Source of the DNA: Phoronis australis
Lineage: Eukaryota; Animalia; Phoronida
Direction: 5' to 3'
DNA length: 64,000 bases
Assembly (NCBI GenBank): GCA_002633005.1
Contig: NMRA01000330.1
Location: 437,705-501,704, forward strand
Positions 62,119 to 64,000 of this stretch are shown here, piece after piece. The position numbers and the translations under genes are program-made. Position 1 is the stretch's first letter, and every line of letters starts with the position of its first letter. The notes below the pieces were generated by a model. It did not search any database and was not told the origin of the DNA. It saw nothing but the letters and a program-made list of their open reading frames with translations.

Positions 62119-62729
62119 NNNNNNNNNNNNNNNNNNNNNNNNNNNNNNNNNNNNNNNNNNNNNNNNNNNNNNNNNNNNNNNNNNNNNNNNNNNNNNNNNN
62201 NNNNNNNNNNNNNNNNNNNNNNNNNNNNNNNNNNNNNNNNNNNNNNNNNNNNNNNNNNNNNNNNNNNNNNNNNNNNNNNNNNNNNNNNNNNNNNNNNNNN
62301 NNNNNNNNNNNNNNNNNNNNNNNNNNNNNNNNNNNNNNNNNNNNNNNNNNNNNNNNNNNNNNNNNNNNNNNNNNNNNNNNNNNNNNNNNNNNNNNNNNNN
62401 NNNNNNNNNNNNNNNNNNNNNNNNNNNNNNNNNNNNNNNNNNNNNNNNNNNNNNNNNNNNNNNNNNNNNNNNNNNNNNNNNNNNNNNNNNNNNNNNNNNN
62501 NNNNNNNNNNNNNNNNNNNNNNNNNNNNNNNNNNNNNNNNNNNNNNNNNNNNNNNNNNNNNNNNNNNNNNNNNNNNNNNNNNNNNNNNNNNNNNNNNNNN
62601 NNNNNNNNNNNNNNNNNNNNNNNNNNNNNNNNNNNNNNNNNNNNNNNNNNNNNNNNNNNNNNNNNNNNNNNNNNNNNNNNNNNNNNNNNNNNNNNNNNNN
62701 NNNNNNNNNNNNNNNNNNNNNNNNNNNNN
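62119..62729. other. Assembly gap (N run)
   Basis: Run of n characters. Confidence 1.
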
Positions 62730-63436
62730 TATTCTTTGTTGCATTAGTAACTGGTCTTGGCTAATATTATCATTTTATGGCCTGGTCATCCATTCAGCCA
62801 AAAGTAGTTCCAGAGGTGGCTTATCAGCCAATTATTCACGCATGCTGACTCACAATAGAAGCCTGATAAGAGTGAAGGTGGATAAATGCGGTGTTCCTAC
62901 AGTTTCTTGTTTTAGTGGATGTGTTCACGACATGCTAGTCAGTAAACCAAACAGGCCATACGCACAGTAAAAGTGTAGAATGAAATGTCATACAGATAGA
63001 CATCACACTGGAATTGCAAGTCAAACGTTTATTCACGTGAACACATTTCTTTGCAGAATTAATAGTAATATGGTGAATATAACTGCATGGCAAGTAAGCC
63101 CTTCGAAAGATCGAAGACGAAGATTCAACGTTTTACTTTTTGCTTGTAACACTGCCATTTGCATTTTTTATTCTACTGATGGACTCATGAACTAAAGCAT
63201 TCACTGGGCTCATTGGCTGGCATTTGGGTCACTACATGAGTACATTGTGTCATTAGGTATTGATATGACAATCTGATTCATTATAATAGAGGAAGGTAAA
63301 AGAGGTGAAATTTTACTGGTAAAACCATTTGCGGTTTTCTAAATGTGTCAAGGGAATTTGATTTGGTTAGTTCTAACACACTAAACAAGAATTTTCCTCT
63401 CATTCTTTTGGTTTATATCCAAATCACCAAGTGATG

Positions 63437-63581
63437 ATGTTAGGGAAGAATCATTGAGACAGGCCAAAACTTCTGTCTAATATTGCTTGTGGAGTGCACA
63501 TTTACATTGGTTCTTTTCATCGAAAATTGCTTCATGTATTCAGGAAAATGTTAGGGAAGAATCATTGAGACAGGCCAAAAC
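63437..63581. repeat. 34-bp direct repeat pair
   Basis: atgttagggaagaatcattgagacaggccaaaac at ~63437 and ~63548. Confidence 0.8.
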
Positions 63582-64000
63582 ACTCGACAATACAAGTTTA
63601 ATTGTCTCTAATTAAGTAAATACTGTTGCTTGAAAATAAATCTGTAATTGCACACATCAAGGCTTGGAATTTTCCGCAGAAACGCGGATTTCCGCTTTTT
63701 TCAAATGTTCTGTCCGCGCATTTTATTACATTTCCGCGTTAAAAAATTGGATTTGATATGAAATTTCCACGGCAAATTCCTGTCTTACCGCCGCGTTGCC
63801 GACGACGTTCACCTCGAAAAGCGGAAGTTGCTCTTTATGTTTCAGAGGAACGTAAATTGTCAACATTGCCGGGGCAGCTGGGATAGCATTGTGGGATTTT
63901 CAATGGCGTCTTGTGTGATTGTAAACCGCGGTGATAAATACTACGGCTCTGCAGCCAAAAATGTGTGGGGGTGGGAGTGGATGGACGAGATAAAAAGACG

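Overview
Eukaryotic, intron-rich genomic DNA from a metazoan, probably a marine invertebrate. It is AT-rich, uses GT-AG introns and has two N-gaps. Three complete spliced genes can be reconstructed by hand with consistent exon phases. The first is a vesicular-type SLC30/ZnT zinc transporter (+, 6 exons, 473 aa). The second is a single-domain, apparently secreted angiotensin-converting-enzyme (M2) peptidase (+, 11 exons, 655 aa). The third is NUB1 (-, 15 coding exons, 608 aa). The space between them holds non-autonomous DNA transposons (MITEs, a 9-bp-TSD foldback element and Helentron/Pearl-like elements), many minisatellites and probable decayed genes. Four signals stand out: minisatellites that multiply splice donors in frame, Pearl/HINE-like intronic elements carrying phased CTCF-like motifs in a trimeric higher-order repeat, a triplicated MITE carrying a tRNA-like Pol III cassette, and a foldback element directly upstream of NUB1. 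All assignments come from reading the sequence; no searches were run.
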